Positions 18,697-30,200 of a stretch of 48,652 nucleotides of DNA are shown here, piece after piece. Within the stretch, counting starts at the first letter, position 1, and every line of letters begins with the position of its first letter. The notes beneath the pieces are model-generated. The model did no database searches. It had not been told where the DNA came from and was given only the letters and a program-made list of their open reading frames with translations. Source of the DNA: Fusobacterium sp. Lineage in GTDB: Bacteria; Fusobacteriota; Fusobacteriia; Fusobacteriales; Fusobacteriaceae. The translations under genes and the position numbers were made by a program. The stretch covers positions 1 through 48,652 of the forward strand of contig JAHHSZ010000001.1 in the NCBI GenBank assembly GCA_020024915.1, given 5' to 3'.

Positions 18697-19527
18697 CTAT
18701 TTTTTATATTTCCTATTCAATGCTCTCAATATAGCATATGTTTCCAAATCCATATTTCCAGTTACATTTTTAGGGTTAAAGTGAGCTTGAAAGTTATATA
18801 TTACTCTTCTACTCTCTTCGTCCCACTCATCATTATAATTTATTTTATACCCATATTTTCTAAATTCCTCTTTTATTTTTTCAACAGGAGTTACTTGATA
18901 TAATTTTTCATTCATAAAAAACCTCTTATCTTTCTCATCATACCAAGCACCTATTCCATACTCTCTATAAAGCAATTCCCAAGGAAACTTTGGACCTGGA
19001 TCAATTTTCCTTGTAGGAGCTATATCTGAATGTCCTACAATATCATATGGTTTTATTTTATATTCAGTTATTAGTTTTTGAAGTAAGCTTGCTAATTTCT
19101 TTATCTGCCCCTCTTGAAAATATAAATACTCCTCTCTTGGTATGAAAAAACCATACTTTTTCTCCATTTCATTATATTTTCTTACCCCTCTATTACTTAT
19201 CTCTATCCCTATGGATGTATCATTTAAATTACTTCGTCCACTAAACTCACTCATACCTGCGTGCCAAGCCCTTTTCTCCAATGGAACAAGATTATATATA
19301 GGTTCCTCATCTTTAGTGGAAATAAAATAGTGTGAACTAACATTTCCTTGAGTCAATCCTCTTAAGCCTACTTCATCTGTTGTTGCTGTATAGTGTAATA
19401 CTATAAATTTTACTCTTTCATTCATTCCCTTAGATAAATACTTTTTACTATTAACAGTATAATTAATTCTAGAACATGACAAAGATAAAATTATAGTTAG
19501 AGTAAACATAATTATTTTTTTTAACAT
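18697..19527 (-). CDS. N-acetylmuramoyl-L-alanine amidase (Amidase_2, AmiD-like lipoprotein)
   Basis: Lipobox-like LSC; IVLHYT, VSSHY, RAWHAG, SIGIE, VGHSDIAPTRKIDPGPKFPW; C-terminal PG-binding-like FQAHF. Confidence 0.9.
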   Translation of the reverse strand: MLKKIIMFTLTIILSLSCSRINYTVNSKKYLSKGMNERVKFIVLHYTATTDEVGLRGLTQGNVSSHYFISTKDEEPIYNLVPLEKRAWHAGMSEFSGRSNLNDTSIGIEISNRGVRKYNEMEKKYGFFIPREEYLYFQEGQIKKLASLLQKLITEYKIKPYDIVGHSDIAPTRKIDPGPKFPWELLYREYGIGAWYDEKDKRFFMNEKLYQVTPVEKIKEEFRKYGYKINYNDEWDEESRRVIYNFQAHFNPKNVTGNMDLETYAILRALNRKYKK

Positions 19528-19604
19528 TTTTTATCTCCTAAAGCATTTTTTCTAGTATATTTTACAATATTTTAAAAAAAATAGCAAAAATTTATAAAAA
19601 ATTA

Positions 19605-19633
19605 TTGTAAATGTTTGGATTTTGTGATATAAC
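19605..19633 (+). promoter_or_regulatory. Promoter of hup
   Basis: TTGTAA (19605-19610), 17 bp, TGa-TATAAC (19628-19633). Confidence 0.55.
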
Positions 19634-19671
19634 ATAGAAACTTGCGTATTTATAAATTTTAGGAGGATAAA

Positions 19672-19947
19672 ATGACAAAAAAAGATTTTACAAAAGTTTT
19701 ATTTGAAAAAGGAATATTTGCTTCTAAAGCTGAAGCTGAAAGAAAATTTGACTCTATCCTTGAAGTTCTTGAAGAAAACTTAAAAGCTGGAGAAGAAATC
19801 AACTTTATCGGTTGGGGAAAATTTGAAGTTGTAGAGAAAGCTGAAAGAATTGGAAGAAACCCTAAAACAGGTGAAGAAATCGTAATTCCTGCTAAAAAGA
19901 CTGTTAAATTCAAAGCTGGAAAAAACCTAGTTGAAAAAATGAACTAA
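19672..19947 (+). CDS. hup: DNA-binding protein HU
   Basis: GWGKFEV, RIGRNPKTGEEIVIPA, KFKAGK; RBS AGGAGG. Confidence 0.95.
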   Translation: MTKKDFTKVLFEKGIFASKAEAERKFDSILEVLEENLKAGEEINFIGWGKFEVVEKAERIGRNPKTGEEIVIPAKKTVKFKAGKNLVEKMN

Positions 19948-19953
19948 TTACAT

Positions 19954-19977
19954 AAAGGAGCTACTCAGCTCCTTTTT
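19954..19977 (+). terminator. Intrinsic terminator after hup
   Basis: AAAGGAGCT-ACTC-AGCTCCTTTTT. Confidence 0.9.
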
Positions 19978-20042
19978 ATAATTATTAATTCTCCAATACT
20001 ATTTATTGTTTAAACTTTCAATTAATCCAAATATAAATATAT

Positions 20043-20068
20043 AAAAAGAGCAGATTTCTCTGCTCTTT
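20043..20068 (-). terminator. Intrinsic terminator after fba
   Basis: AAAAAGAGCAGA-TTTC-TCTGCTCTTT. Confidence 0.88.
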
Positions 20069-20072
20069 AAAA

Positions 20073-21053
20073 TTATTTAGTTCCTTTTTTATAAGCTCCT
20101 TCAGATCCGAAAACATCAACAATTTTAGTTTTGTAGTAAGCTTTCATCTCATCTTTAGCTGCTCCTAAGTATTTTCTAGGGTCAAACTCTTTTGGATTAG
20201 TTCCTAATACTCTTCTGATAGCTGCTGTAAAAGCCAATCTTCCATCAGTATCTACATTTATTTTAGCTACTGCTGATTTAGATGCTTTTCTTAATTGAAT
20301 ATCTGGTATTCCAATAGCATCTTTAACTTCTCCACCAAACTCTTTTATCATAGAAGTATATTGTTGAGGAACTGCAGATGATCCGTGTAAAACAATTGGG
20401 AATCCAGGTATTCTTCTTTCAATCTCTTCTAATATATCAAGTCTTAATTTAGGATCTTCTCCTGGTTTGAATTTGTGAGCTCCATGAGAAGTCCCAATAG
20501 CTATTGCTAGTGAATCTACTCCTGTTTTTGTTACGAACTCTTCAACTTCATCTGGGTTTGTATAAGTGTGTGATTCGGCCTTAACATCATCTTCTATTCC
20601 TGCAAGTACTCCTAATTCAGCCTCTACAGTAACATCTTTTGAGTGAGCATACTCTACAACTTCTTTTGAAACTTCTATATTTTTAGCGAAATCATAGTGT
20701 GATCCATCAATCATTACTGATGAAAACCCTGCTTCGATACAAGTTTTTACAGTTACTAAATCTGGACCATGATCTAAGTGTAAAGCTACTGGTATATCTG
20801 ATCCCATATTTCTAGCTCTGTCTACTGCTGCTTTAGCTAATAAAGGTGCTACATCTGCTCCCATATATCCTAAAGCTCCTTTTGAACATTGTAGAATTAC
20901 TGGTGATCCCATCTCAGCACAAGCTTCAACTATAGCTAATGCCATCTCCATATTGTTAAAGTTAAAAGCTGGTACTGAATATCCTTCTTTATTTGCTTTT
21001 GCAAACATCTCTTTTGTGTTTGAAAGACCTAATTCTTTATAATTGTATCCCAT
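20073..21053 (-). CDS. fba: Class II fructose-1,6-bisphosphate aldolase
   Basis: PAFNFNN, LHLDHG, SSVMIDGS, EAELG, IGTSHGAHK, VLHGSS, KINVDTD, DPRKYL. Confidence 0.95.
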   Translation of the reverse strand: MGYNYKELGLSNTKEMFAKANKEGYSVPAFNFNNMEMALAIVEACAEMGSPVILQCSKGALGYMGADVAPLLAKAAVDRARNMGSDIPVALHLDHGPDLVTVKTCIEAGFSSVMIDGSHYDFAKNIEVSKEVVEYAHSKDVTVEAELGVLAGIEDDVKAESHTYTNPDEVEEFVTKTGVDSLAIAIGTSHGAHKFKPGEDPKLRLDILEEIERRIPGFPIVLHGSSAVPQQYTSMIKEFGGEVKDAIGIPDIQLRKASKSAVAKINVDTDGRLAFTAAIRRVLGTNPKEFDPRKYLGAAKDEMKAYYKTKIVDVFGSEGAYKKGTK

Positions 21054-21140
21054 TTTTTTCCTCCTGAAAAATTATATATATTAATTTTAACAAAAATTGA
21101 TAATAAAATCAATTAGAGAATTTTCCATTTTTTATTTAGA

Positions 21141-21611
21141 TTAATTTTTTACTTTTATTTGTTTCAAAATATATCTAAAAAAACTCTTAATTCTCATTCT
21201 TTTCTTTACCATTATCATTGCTTCTGGCACTAACTCAATAACTGTTTCTATAGTGTTCTGATACTTTGAAAATCTACCCTCTAATAACTTTTGAGTAGAA
21301 ACTATCCAAGAGAGAAGAAGTAGATTAAAAATTCTTAAAAGATTTAGCAAGAAATTTATAACTCCTTCTTTTGTTAGATAAAAGTTATAAACTTTAACAA
21401 TTACCTCTCCCTCTTGTATATAAAATATCTGAAATAAACAAGTTATAAAATAGAACAAAAATAAAAATTTCACTCTTCTTATGTGTTTCATTAAATCCTT
21501 ATTATATTTTAGATTGAGTATAAATAAAATAACAGTTGATATTCCAATATAATATAGATTGCTATAAAATATATTAACTAGTAGTAGTATTAACAGACTA
21601 CTTTTTAACAA
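21141..21611 (-). CDS. Hypothetical membrane protein resembling a shortened EcfT/CbiQ
   Basis: TTG start with RBS GGGAGG inside the serS 3' end; several TM segments; EGEV...LTKEG...LLR...LLS pattern. Confidence 0.6.
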   Translation of the reverse strand: MLKSSLLILLLVNIFYSNLYYIGISTVILFILNLKYNKDLMKHIRRVKFLFLFYFITCLFQIFYIQEGEVIVKVYNFYLTKEGVINFLLNLLRIFNLLLLSWIVSTQKLLEGRFSKYQNTIETVIELVPEAMIMVKKRMRIKSFFRYILKQIKVKN

Positions 21612-22869
21612 TTTCTAGCCCTCCCATGTATGGGACCAATACTTTTGGAATTAAAAATGATCCATCTTCTTGTTGGTAATTTTCCATTATAGCTACTAAT
21701 GTTCTTCCTACTGCTAATCCTGATCCATTTAGAGTATGGCAATACTCACTTTTAGAGCTTCCATTTGGTCTATATTTAAGTCCCATTCTTCTAGCTTGGA
21801 ATCCTTCACAGTTAGAACAAGAAGAGATTTCTCTATACTTTCCTTGAGAAGGTAACCACACTTCTAAGTCATAAGTTTTAGCTGCTCCAAAACCAATATC
21901 CCCTGTACATAATTGAATAACTCTATATGGTAATTCAAGCTTTTGTAGCACCATTTCAGCATTATTTACCATTTTTTCTAACTCATCATAAGAAGTTTCT
22001 GGAGTAGCAAGTTTAACCATTTCTACTTTGTTGAATTGGTGAAGTCTTATTATTCCTTTAACGTCTTTTCCATAAGATCCAGCTTCTCTTCTAAAACAAG
22101 GTGAATATGCTGTATAGTATTTTGGTAACTCTTTCTCATCTAATATCTCTTTTCTATGGATATTTGTCATAGTGATTTCTGAAGTAGATATTAAGAACAT
22201 ATCATCAGTTGTTCTATACATATCATCCTCAAATTTTGGAAGCTGTCCTGTTCCTTCACAAACCTCTCTTTTCACTATAAATGGAGTTATATGCTCAGTA
22301 TATCCGTGCTCTGTTGTGTGTAGATCTAGCATAAAGTTAATTAATGCTCTCTCTAATCTTGCTCCCAATCCTCTGTATAGAACAAATCTAGATCCTGCTA
22401 ACTTTGCTCCTCTTTCAAAATCAAGAATACCTAATCCTTCACCTATATCCCAGTGTGCTTTTGGTTCGAATGAAAACTCTTTTGGAGTTCCCCATCTTCT
22501 AATTTCAACATTTGCATCTTCATCTATCCCAAATGGAGTACTTTCATGATACATATTTGGGATTGTCATTTGAATATAAGTTAATTTCTCTTCAACTTCA
22601 GCTAATTTTGCATCTAATTCTTTTATTTGAGCAGAAACTTTTCCCATCTCTTCTATTAATACTGAAGCATCTTGCTTTTCTTTCTTCAATCTAGCTATTT
22701 CAGTAGATTCTTGGTTTCTTTTTTGTTTTAAAGCTTCTACCTCTCCTAAAATTGCTCTTCTTTTGTCATCTAGTTGAAAGAACTCGTCAAGAGTTAGATT
22801 ACTATTTCTATTTCTTAACATCTCTTCAACTTTTTCTCTGTTTTCACGTATGAATTTTAACTCTAACAT
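21598..22869 (-). CDS. serS: Seryl-tRNA synthetase
   Basis: [55 protein letters not shown] 22869 follows AGGAG. Confidence 0.97.
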   Translation of the reverse strand: MLELKFIRENREKVEEMLRNRNSNLTLDEFFQLDDKRRAILGEVEALKQKRNQESTEIARLKKEKQDASVLIEEMGKVSAQIKELDAKLAEVEEKLTYIQMTIPNMYHESTPFGIDEDANVEIRRWGTPKEFSFEPKAHWDIGEGLGILDFERGAKLAGSRFVLYRGLGARLERALINFMLDLHTTEHGYTEHITPFIVKREVCEGTGQLPKFEDDMYRTTDDMFLISTSEITMTNIHRKEILDEKELPKYYTAYSPCFRREAGSYGKDVKGIIRLHQFNKVEMVKLATPETSYDELEKMVNNAEMVLQKLELPYRVIQLCTGDIGFGAAKTYDLEVWLPSQGKYREISSCSNCEGFQARRMGLKYRPNGSSKSEYCHTLNGSGLAVGRTLVAIMENYQQEDGSFLIPKVLVPYMGGLEIVKK

Positions 22870-22895
22870 ACTCTTTTCTCCTCTCACAATATATT

Positions 22896-23489
22896 TTAAT
22901 TGTTAGTTTTATAACCTAATCTTTTTATTTTTACATTTTGTTGCTCTATTCCTACCATCTCTAAATATGAGTTTGGTGATGTGTTTATAATCTCCATAGA
23001 GATCTTATCTCCCTCTCTCGAAAAAAATCTTAATCTCTCTTTTAAGTTTCTAGTTACAACCTTTCCCTTTTTTTCTCTAACTTCAAGTATTTCATCTCTA
23101 TTGAATAGCTCTTCAAGCCTATCCATATCTGAATTACTTCCCTCTACTTCATATAGCATATTCGTAAACTCTTCCATTATTGAAGACTTTCTAGGAATTT
23201 CTTCCACTTTATGCACTTTAAATCCCAATACTCCACTCTCATTAAGTCTTTTTACAACCTCTTCATTGGAAATTTCTCCATCTGTCTCAAAGTCCATAAT
23301 CTCATTATAAGCTTCTGTTCCCAAGGATATAGGACTTCCAAAGGACATCTTTGGTCTCGGATGAAATCCTTCACTATATTTTACAGGAATTTCCGATTTA
23401 TTGAATAGTCTCTCAAAAAATCTTAATAAGTCTAGATGGGATATAAATTTCATTTCTCCACATTTATCAAAATAAACTCTTTTCTTCAT
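22896..23489 (-). CDS. Radical SAM-linked protein (TIGR03936/DUF2344)
   Basis: [28 protein letters not shown]; probable ATG 23489 after GAGGG. Confidence 0.85.
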   Translation of the reverse strand: MKKRVYFDKCGEMKFISHLDLLRFFERLFNKSEIPVKYSEGFHPRPKMSFGSPISLGTEAYNEIMDFETDGEISNEEVVKRLNESGVLGFKVHKVEEIPRKSSIMEEFTNMLYEVEGSNSDMDRLEELFNRDEILEVREKKGKVVTRNLKERLRFFSREGDKISMEIINTSPNSYLEMVGIEQQNVKIKRLGYKTNN

Positions 23490-23560
23490 TCTTCCCTCAT
23501 CTTTTCCTATATTTGTATCTTTATATTTTACCACTTTCTAATAAAATTTCAAATATCTTT

Positions 23561-24571
23561 TTATTTTTCCTGTAATTTTTTCTCAATATTTCTTACTTTT
23601 TTCAATAAATCTGGAACTTTTTTCAATGCTATCTTCACCTTTAAGTCTTCTCTATGATCCATTAATGGGTATCCAGATAAAACTTGATTATCATCTACAT
23701 TTCCTATTACACCGGATTTAGCAGCAATTACAACATTACTTCCTATTTTTATGTGCCCAGCTATTCCAACTTGTCCAGCCAATGTTGTATTATTTCCAAC
23801 CTCTACACTTCCTGCTATTCCAACTTGAGAAACAATTAAACAATTCTCTCCTATTATGTCATTATGAGCAATCTGTACCAGATTATCTATCTTAGTATAT
23901 TTTTTTATTACAGTATCTCCAATAGCTCCTCTGTCAATAGTTGTATTAGCTCCAATCTCTACATTGTCCTCTATTACTACACTACCTATCTGATCTATCT
24001 TAGTGTTATTCCCACCTACTTTTACAAATCCAAAACCATCAGACCCTATTACTGCCCCAGGTTGAATTACACAGTTCTTTCCAATTTTACAGAATTCTCT
24101 CACAGTAACATTTGAGTATATTGTACTCCCCTCTCCAATTGTAACTCCTTCACCAATAGTTACATTTGGGTAGATTGTAACATTATCATCTATCACTACA
24201 TCATGCCCTACATATACATTCGGTCCTAATTTAACATTTTTACCTATCACACTTGAATCCTCTATCATTTTTTCAAAAGGTTTTGTCTCTCTCTTAAAAA
24301 AATTCAAAAGTTTTGGCATCAATGTTCTTGGATTCTCTTTTACTACCAAGTACATTTTTCCAATATTAGGTAGTGGTATGTCTGGTACTAATACTACTTT
24401 TGCATTAGTTTTATTTAATTTTTTTAAAAACTTCTCATCTGAAGCAAATGTTACATTCTCCTCATGAGCTTGAAAAAAGGGAGCAAGCCCAGAAACATAT
24501 TCTAGACTTAAATCTCCCTTTACTTCACACTCTAGGAGGCTCACTAACTCTTTAATACTATATCTCATCAT
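23561..24571 (-). CDS. lpxD: UDP-3-O-(3-hydroxyacyl)glucosamine N-acyltransferase
   Basis: Hexapeptide repeats, [30 protein letters not shown]. Confidence 0.95.
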   Translation of the reverse strand: MMRYSIKELVSLLECEVKGDLSLEYVSGLAPFFQAHEENVTFASDEKFLKKLNKTNAKVVLVPDIPLPNIGKMYLVVKENPRTLMPKLLNFFKRETKPFEKMIEDSSVIGKNVKLGPNVYVGHDVVIDDNVTIYPNVTIGEGVTIGEGSTIYSNVTVREFCKIGKNCVIQPGAVIGSDGFGFVKVGGNNTKIDQIGSVVIEDNVEIGANTTIDRGAIGDTVIKKYTKIDNLVQIAHNDIIGENCLIVSQVGIAGSVEVGNNTTLAGQVGIAGHIKIGSNVVIAAKSGVIGNVDDNQVLSGYPLMDHREDLKVKIALKKVPDLLKKVRNIEKKLQEK

Positions 24572-24590
24572 TATCCTCCTAGTTCAACAC

Positions 24591-25070
24591 TTATTTTTTA
24601 GATTTTTCCATAGCTTTTATTACATCAGCAGTAATATCTTTTCCACCAAATTTTACTGCTCCAGCTTCTAATATATAATCATATTTCTCTGCTTTTGCTA
24701 CTGAGTCTATAGCTGATTGCATTGCTCTATCTATCTCTTGCATTCTTGTATACTCTTCTTTGCTTAACTTAGCTTGTGAATCTCTTACAAATTTTTGGAA
24801 TGCTTCAACTTGCTTTTGGAATCCCTCTTTCTCTTTATCAGTTATTTTGTTTCCTTTAGATTGAAGCTCTAATTGTGCTTTTTGAAGAGCAACTTCTTTT
24901 TGTTTTATCTCGTTCTCTAATCTATTTTTCTCTTTGTTTAAGTTCTCTTGGATTGTTTTAGTTTGAGAGTATTTTGAAAATGCCTCTTGTGAGTTTACAT
25001 ACCCTATTTTTTCAGCTAAAACTGATGCTGATAAGCTTAATGCCATAATTGTTACTATTATTTTTTTCAT
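24591..25070 (-). CDS. skp: Periplasmic chaperone Skp/OmpH
   Basis: Signal peptide, KIGYVN, coiled coil, YDYIL...DITADVIK; lies between bamA and lpxD. Confidence 0.9.
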   Translation of the reverse strand: MKKIIVTIMALSLSASVLAEKIGYVNSQEAFSKYSQTKTIQENLNKEKNRLENEIKQKEVALQKAQLELQSKGNKITDKEKEGFQKQVEAFQKFVRDSQAKLSKEEYTRMQEIDRAMQSAIDSVAKAEKYDYILEAGAVKFGGKDITADVIKAMEKSKK

Positions 25071-25115
25071 TATATTACCTCCAAAGTATAATTTTTTTAT
25101 TATTTTATATATATA

Positions 25116-27200
25116 CTAAAATGATTGACCCATATTGAAATAGAATTCCATTCCACTAGCCTTATCATTTCCTACTGGCCATCCAAAATCAAATCTCAAT
25201 GGTCCTATTGGTGTGTTTACTCTAAGTCCAACTCCTGCTGCCATTGCTATATCATTTGCAAATTTTTCATCATGTTGATATGATAAATCTCTTCCATGAT
25301 AATCCCAAGCTCTTCCTGTATCAAAGAAAACAACAAATCCTAAAATATCATTAAACTGTGTTCTATTTTCTATAGTTCCAACTAATTTTTTGGTTCCTTT
25401 ATAAAAACCTCCGTCATATCCTCTAAGTGTACTTCCTCCTCCTACCCAGAATCTCTGACCCTCTTTAGTTGAATCTGTCATCACTCCAGCTACTGCTCTA
25501 TAAGCAAAAGTATTTTTCTTAAAAAATCCTCTATGATATTTTCTAAGTTCAAGTGTGATATTTCCAAAAACATCACCATCATACCCATTAGCATATCCCG
25601 CTTCTAATTGTAATTTTCCATATTCACCTGCAGTAGGATTCCAAAAATGATTTCTTGTATCATAAGTTATTGATGGGAATATACTCCAAATGAAATATTT
25701 ATCATTTAAGCCTTTAGCCTCTTTTCCTGGATAATTTCTCCATTTAGTTATTCCATTTTGTTCTATAAATTGGTTTTTATCAGGAGTTTCTTCCACATAT
25801 TCAACTTTTGTTCCTAAACTCAATCTTACATTTTTGCTTAATCCTTTTCCTATATTAAATTTAGCTCCCAATGTATCTATTTTGTTAAATATTGCACTGT
25901 CACTATCTTCATAAGAGTTCTTGTAAATGCTCCATCCCCAAGATATTCTATCAGTTCCCTTTATCCAAGGATCGTAGAAGTTTATTGAAAAACTTGAGTA
26001 ATCTTCATCTGATTTTTCAAATGTAAATCCTAACTCTTGTCCTTTCCCCTTCCAGTTAGTATCTTTTATTGAAATTGTCCCCAACAATCCAATCTCAGAA
26101 CCGTAAGATATAGCACCTTGAAGTATTGCAGTTCTCTCTTCATCTAATAAAAGAACTATATTTTTCCCATCTGGATCTCCAGGTATATTTCTAGCTTCAT
26201 ATTTAACATTTTTAAAATGTCCTAATCTCATTAGATTTTGTACTGTTTCATCATATTTTTTAGAGTTAAATATCTCATTTTCATGGAATTCTAACTCTCT
26301 TTCAACAACATATGATTTTGTTTTTAAAACGTCATCAGTAGCCCTTCTTCTAGCACCTTTTTGCTTTGTTACCATCTTTTTAAACTCAATACTTCTAACT
26401 ATACCTTCACTTAAATAAATCTCAAGTTCAAGGTTTGCATTAAGTCCAATATCTGTAACTTCAGCAAGAACATAACCAGCATCCTGATATTTTTGGATTA
26501 TTCTATCTCTATCCTCTCTGATTGTATTGATATTAAATATCTTTCCAGGTTCAGTTTTAATTACTTCCATAAGTTCATCTGTAGAATAAACTGTATTTCC
26601 TATTATATTAACTCCATTTATGATTGGATTTTCAAGAACGTGGTATATTACTTTTACACCTTTTCCTGATTTTACAACATCTGGTATTACATCTCTAAAA
26701 TATCCACTCTCAATAAGATTTTTATGCCCCTCTATAACCTTATTCTTTGAAAAGTATCCTCCAGCTTGAACAGGAATCATAGCTCTTATCTCTTTAGTTG
26801 GTACATGTGTATTTCCTATTATATCTACCTCTGATACAACTATACTCTTATCTACTTTTTCTCTCTCTGATAGAGGAATTATCCCTTTTGACTCCAATAA
26901 TTTTTTACTATCCTTTTTTTCCGTTACATCAACAGTAAGTTTGATACCATTATCATAAACACTTGGATATATAGATACATCATCTACATACTCTAAATCT
27001 TTAATTGATTTATAGTCTGATATCATATCTTCTGTTATATATTTCTGCCCCTCTTTTGACTTCATACTCCCCAGTATTACCTCATAAGGAATCTCTCTAT
27101 TATTTATTATCTCCACCTTTGTTACTTGATAATTGGTAACATCAGCAAAGGAGAAAATACTTAATACAAAGATCAGTAATCCAGCTATTCTTTTTCTCAT
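25116..27200 (-). CDS. bamA: Omp85 family outer-membrane assembly factor
   Basis: POTRA-like repeats (GYFRDV, IIGNTV, GHFKNV), LRGY, GVGLRVNTPIGPLRFDFG, C-terminal GQSF; ATG 27200 follows GGAGG. Confidence 0.92.
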   Translation of the reverse strand: MRKRIAGLLIFVLSIFSFADVTNYQVTKVEIINNREIPYEVILGSMKSKEGQKYITEDMISDYKSIKDLEYVDDVSIYPSVYDNGIKLTVDVTEKKDSKKLLESKGIIPLSEREKVDKSIVVSEVDIIGNTHVPTKEIRAMIPVQAGGYFSKNKVIEGHKNLIESGYFRDVIPDVVKSGKGVKVIYHVLENPIINGVNIIGNTVYSTDELMEVIKTEPGKIFNINTIREDRDRIIQKYQDAGYVLAEVTDIGLNANLELEIYLSEGIVRSIEFKKMVTKQKGARRRATDDVLKTKSYVVERELEFHENEIFNSKKYDETVQNLMRLGHFKNVKYEARNIPGDPDGKNIVLLLDEERTAILQGAISYGSEIGLLGTISIKDTNWKGKGQELGFTFEKSDEDYSSFSINFYDPWIKGTDRISWGWSIYKNSYEDSDSAIFNKIDTLGAKFNIGKGLSKNVRLSLGTKVEYVEETPDKNQFIEQNGITKWRNYPGKEAKGLNDKYFIWSIFPSITYDTRNHFWNPTAGEYGKLQLEAGYANGYDGDVFGNITLELRKYHRGFFKKNTFAYRAVAGVMTDSTKEGQRFWVGGGSTLRGYDGGFYKGTKKLVGTIENRTQFNDILGFVVFFDTGRAWDYHGRDLSYQHDEKFANDIAMAAGVGLRVNTPIGPLRFDFGWPVGNDKASGMEFYFNMGQSF

Positions 27201-27211
27201 CTCTACCTCCA

Positions 27212-30200
27212 CTATTTATTTATAAAGATATCTATTAGCTTATCATATTTTTTCTCAAATTTAAAGTCTATATGATAATTTAAATCCTCTTTAGATTCTT
27301 TATCTGATGTTTTTTTTCTGTTTTCTGGTAACTTTCCAACTCCTATTCCGATAGATTTTACAGCATCAAATCTATATTCCAATGAGAAGTCATACTCTTT
27401 AAATGCTCCGTTGCTCTCTTCTTGTTTGTCGTTTCCTGTATTATCCTCCTCCAATAGTGTTCCTTTTGCAACCCACCATATTTTATCTTTATATATATTA
27501 TCTTCTGCCTCTAATACTGCACCTAATTTTAAACTACTCTGACTTTTATCATCATTATTGTTAGAACTATTTTTTGTATTCTGAGTCAAAAGGTTTGAGC
27601 TTATTCTAAACTTCGATATATTTAATGTATGTTTTATTAGATTAGCTATAGGTTTTAATACTTGAGTAATCTGTCCTCCAATTACATTTGTAATCAAAGT
27701 CGTAGTCGCTTCACTATTCTCTCCAAAACTGTCTGTATCTGTTAAAAGTGAATTTAAGTTTCCACTGCTACTTCCGTTTCTAGAACTGATAGTAAATTTT
27801 AAATTATCTAAATTCCCATTTAAACTTAACCCAATCTGGTCATCTTGTACTAATACTCTAGCATCTATCAAAAGGTTTGGATCTACTTTTGGCAGATAGC
27901 TCTTAGGATCATTAAATATAACAACTGCTCTATCTAAATAGAAAGTGTTATCATTGAGGTTAAAGCTTCCACCTAAGATCTCTGTATTTCCAATAAAGCT
28001 GTACTTTCCGTTTTTACCTGACAAGATTCCATTGCCAACAACATTTCCTTTTATCTCCTCTACTAAGCCATTTATATCCCCTATATCCAATTTTATTCCT
28101 TCGTTTATTTTTATTCTAACATCAATTGAAGGGGCATTTTCAATTATACTCTCTATTTTAAAATCGCTTCCTAGATCTTCACTCTGATTTATAGTTTTAG
28201 ATGTGGAACTAAATAAAAACTCTTTTATTTTTTGAAAGATACTCTTAGATGTATTTGGTATCTCTGATACCAAACCTTTTTCAATCTCAATATTTCCTCT
28301 GATATCCTTCTCTCTTATTCCTATATTAGCACTAAAATCAACATTAAAATAATCTCCATATCTATATTTTATACCATTTAATTTTAAATTTCCATTATAT
28401 TTTATATTTTCATAGTAGTATGGATTATCTGAAATATCTTTCAATGTTGGGAAAATTATCTCTCCTTTGACTCCTAAATCTCCATCATTCAACTTTCCAG
28501 AAAAATCTTTTATGGATATTTTATTATTCTCTAGTTCTATTGTACTGTTAAATTCTTGTAATTTCAAGAAAAAATCTTTTTTTTCTAAATTTAAATTTTT
28601 TATTTTAATAAATCCATCATTTCTACTATCATTTATTTTTAAATCAAACTCAGCATTTCCACTTATACCTGAGATATTATAAGGCTCTAAGAATACATTC
28701 AAAAAGTCAAAATCTATGTTAGATGATTTTGCATAATATCTATATCTATTCTTTGTAATTTTATACTCTCCATCTGATGAGAATTTATTCTGTAAATATT
28801 TAAATGAGAGCTCATCTAATTTTACCTCTTTCATATCTCCAGATAGAAACACTCTAATTGTATTAAACTTAACTTTTTTTACATCAATCTCACTACTTAA
28901 AATAGAAAAATTATAGTTTAAATCATCTAACTCTCCCAATAATTTCCCCTCTAAATAGAGCTTTCCTTCAACACCATCTATTGGAATATAATCTTTCAAT
29001 TTAGCTAGTGGCAGTTCCTGCTTATCTACCTTTACCTCCAAGAAGTTGTTAGGTAGATCATAACTTCCTGTAACAGTAAATAGATCTTGTAGATTTTGAT
29101 TGCTAAAAGTTAGATTTTTTAACTTAACTATTCCATCATTTAAATTCTCTGCTGAATAATCAGCTTCAATATATGCTGTAGGAAAAATTATTCCATTCAT
29201 ATACACCTTATCAATAGTGGATTTTAGTCCAATTTTTAATTTTTTATTCTCTCCTTCAGCTATTAATGTTCCAATCACTCTGTATTTTAAGTTTTCATAG
29301 TTATAATAACGTCCTATATTCTCTTCCAATATATTTAATTTAGCTTTATACTTTCCATCTTTTACTGAGTATCTAGCTTTCAATATATTTTGATTTATCT
29401 TAACATCACTAGTTGTTACCAACTTATCCTTATAGTTGATCTCTCCAGTAATTTTAATCTCTTCCTCATTTTTAAAACTTATTCCAACATCTGAAATACT
29501 TATCTTTCCTATAGGATTCTTAATATTCCCATCTATACTTGCAGTAACTTTATTTAATTTGATCTTAGGGAAATCAATATTAAATCTCTCCAATGATAAA
29601 CCATTTGTCTCTAATTTTCCTTTTAATTTTGATGTTTTAAGATCATATCTTCCATTTACAGTCAAAAGCTGATTAGTAAAATTTTTAATTTCAAAAACCT
29701 CATCTTTCAACCTCAAAGAGATCATAATTCCATTTAGACTATAATTTTGATAAGAAAGTTTATCTATCTCCCCTTGATATTCAAAAAATAGGTTATTTTT
29801 ATTATTCAGTAAAACCTTTCCATTAATATTTTGAATCTCTCCAAGATATTTCAAATACAATGAGCGAATATCTAAATCTCCATTAAATTTCCCATTTTCG
29901 CTCTTTAGAGTTCCAAAGATTTTCCCTTTTATCCAAAACTCTTCCTCTCCCAACTTTCTTTTAATATCCAAGTTCTGCCCGTCCATATTGAAAGCATAGG
30001 AGCTGTTTTCTAAATCAATCTCTCCAGTTAGCTCTAACTCTTTTTTCTTACCATTTATTATAGAGGCCTCATTTAATAAAAATCTATTTTTATCTATTGT
30101 ATAGTCAAATATAATATCTAGATCAAAAATATTTAACCCTATTCTCCCTTTTCCATCAGAAAACTTCTTATCAGCTAAACTATATTCTAAAAAGTATTGA

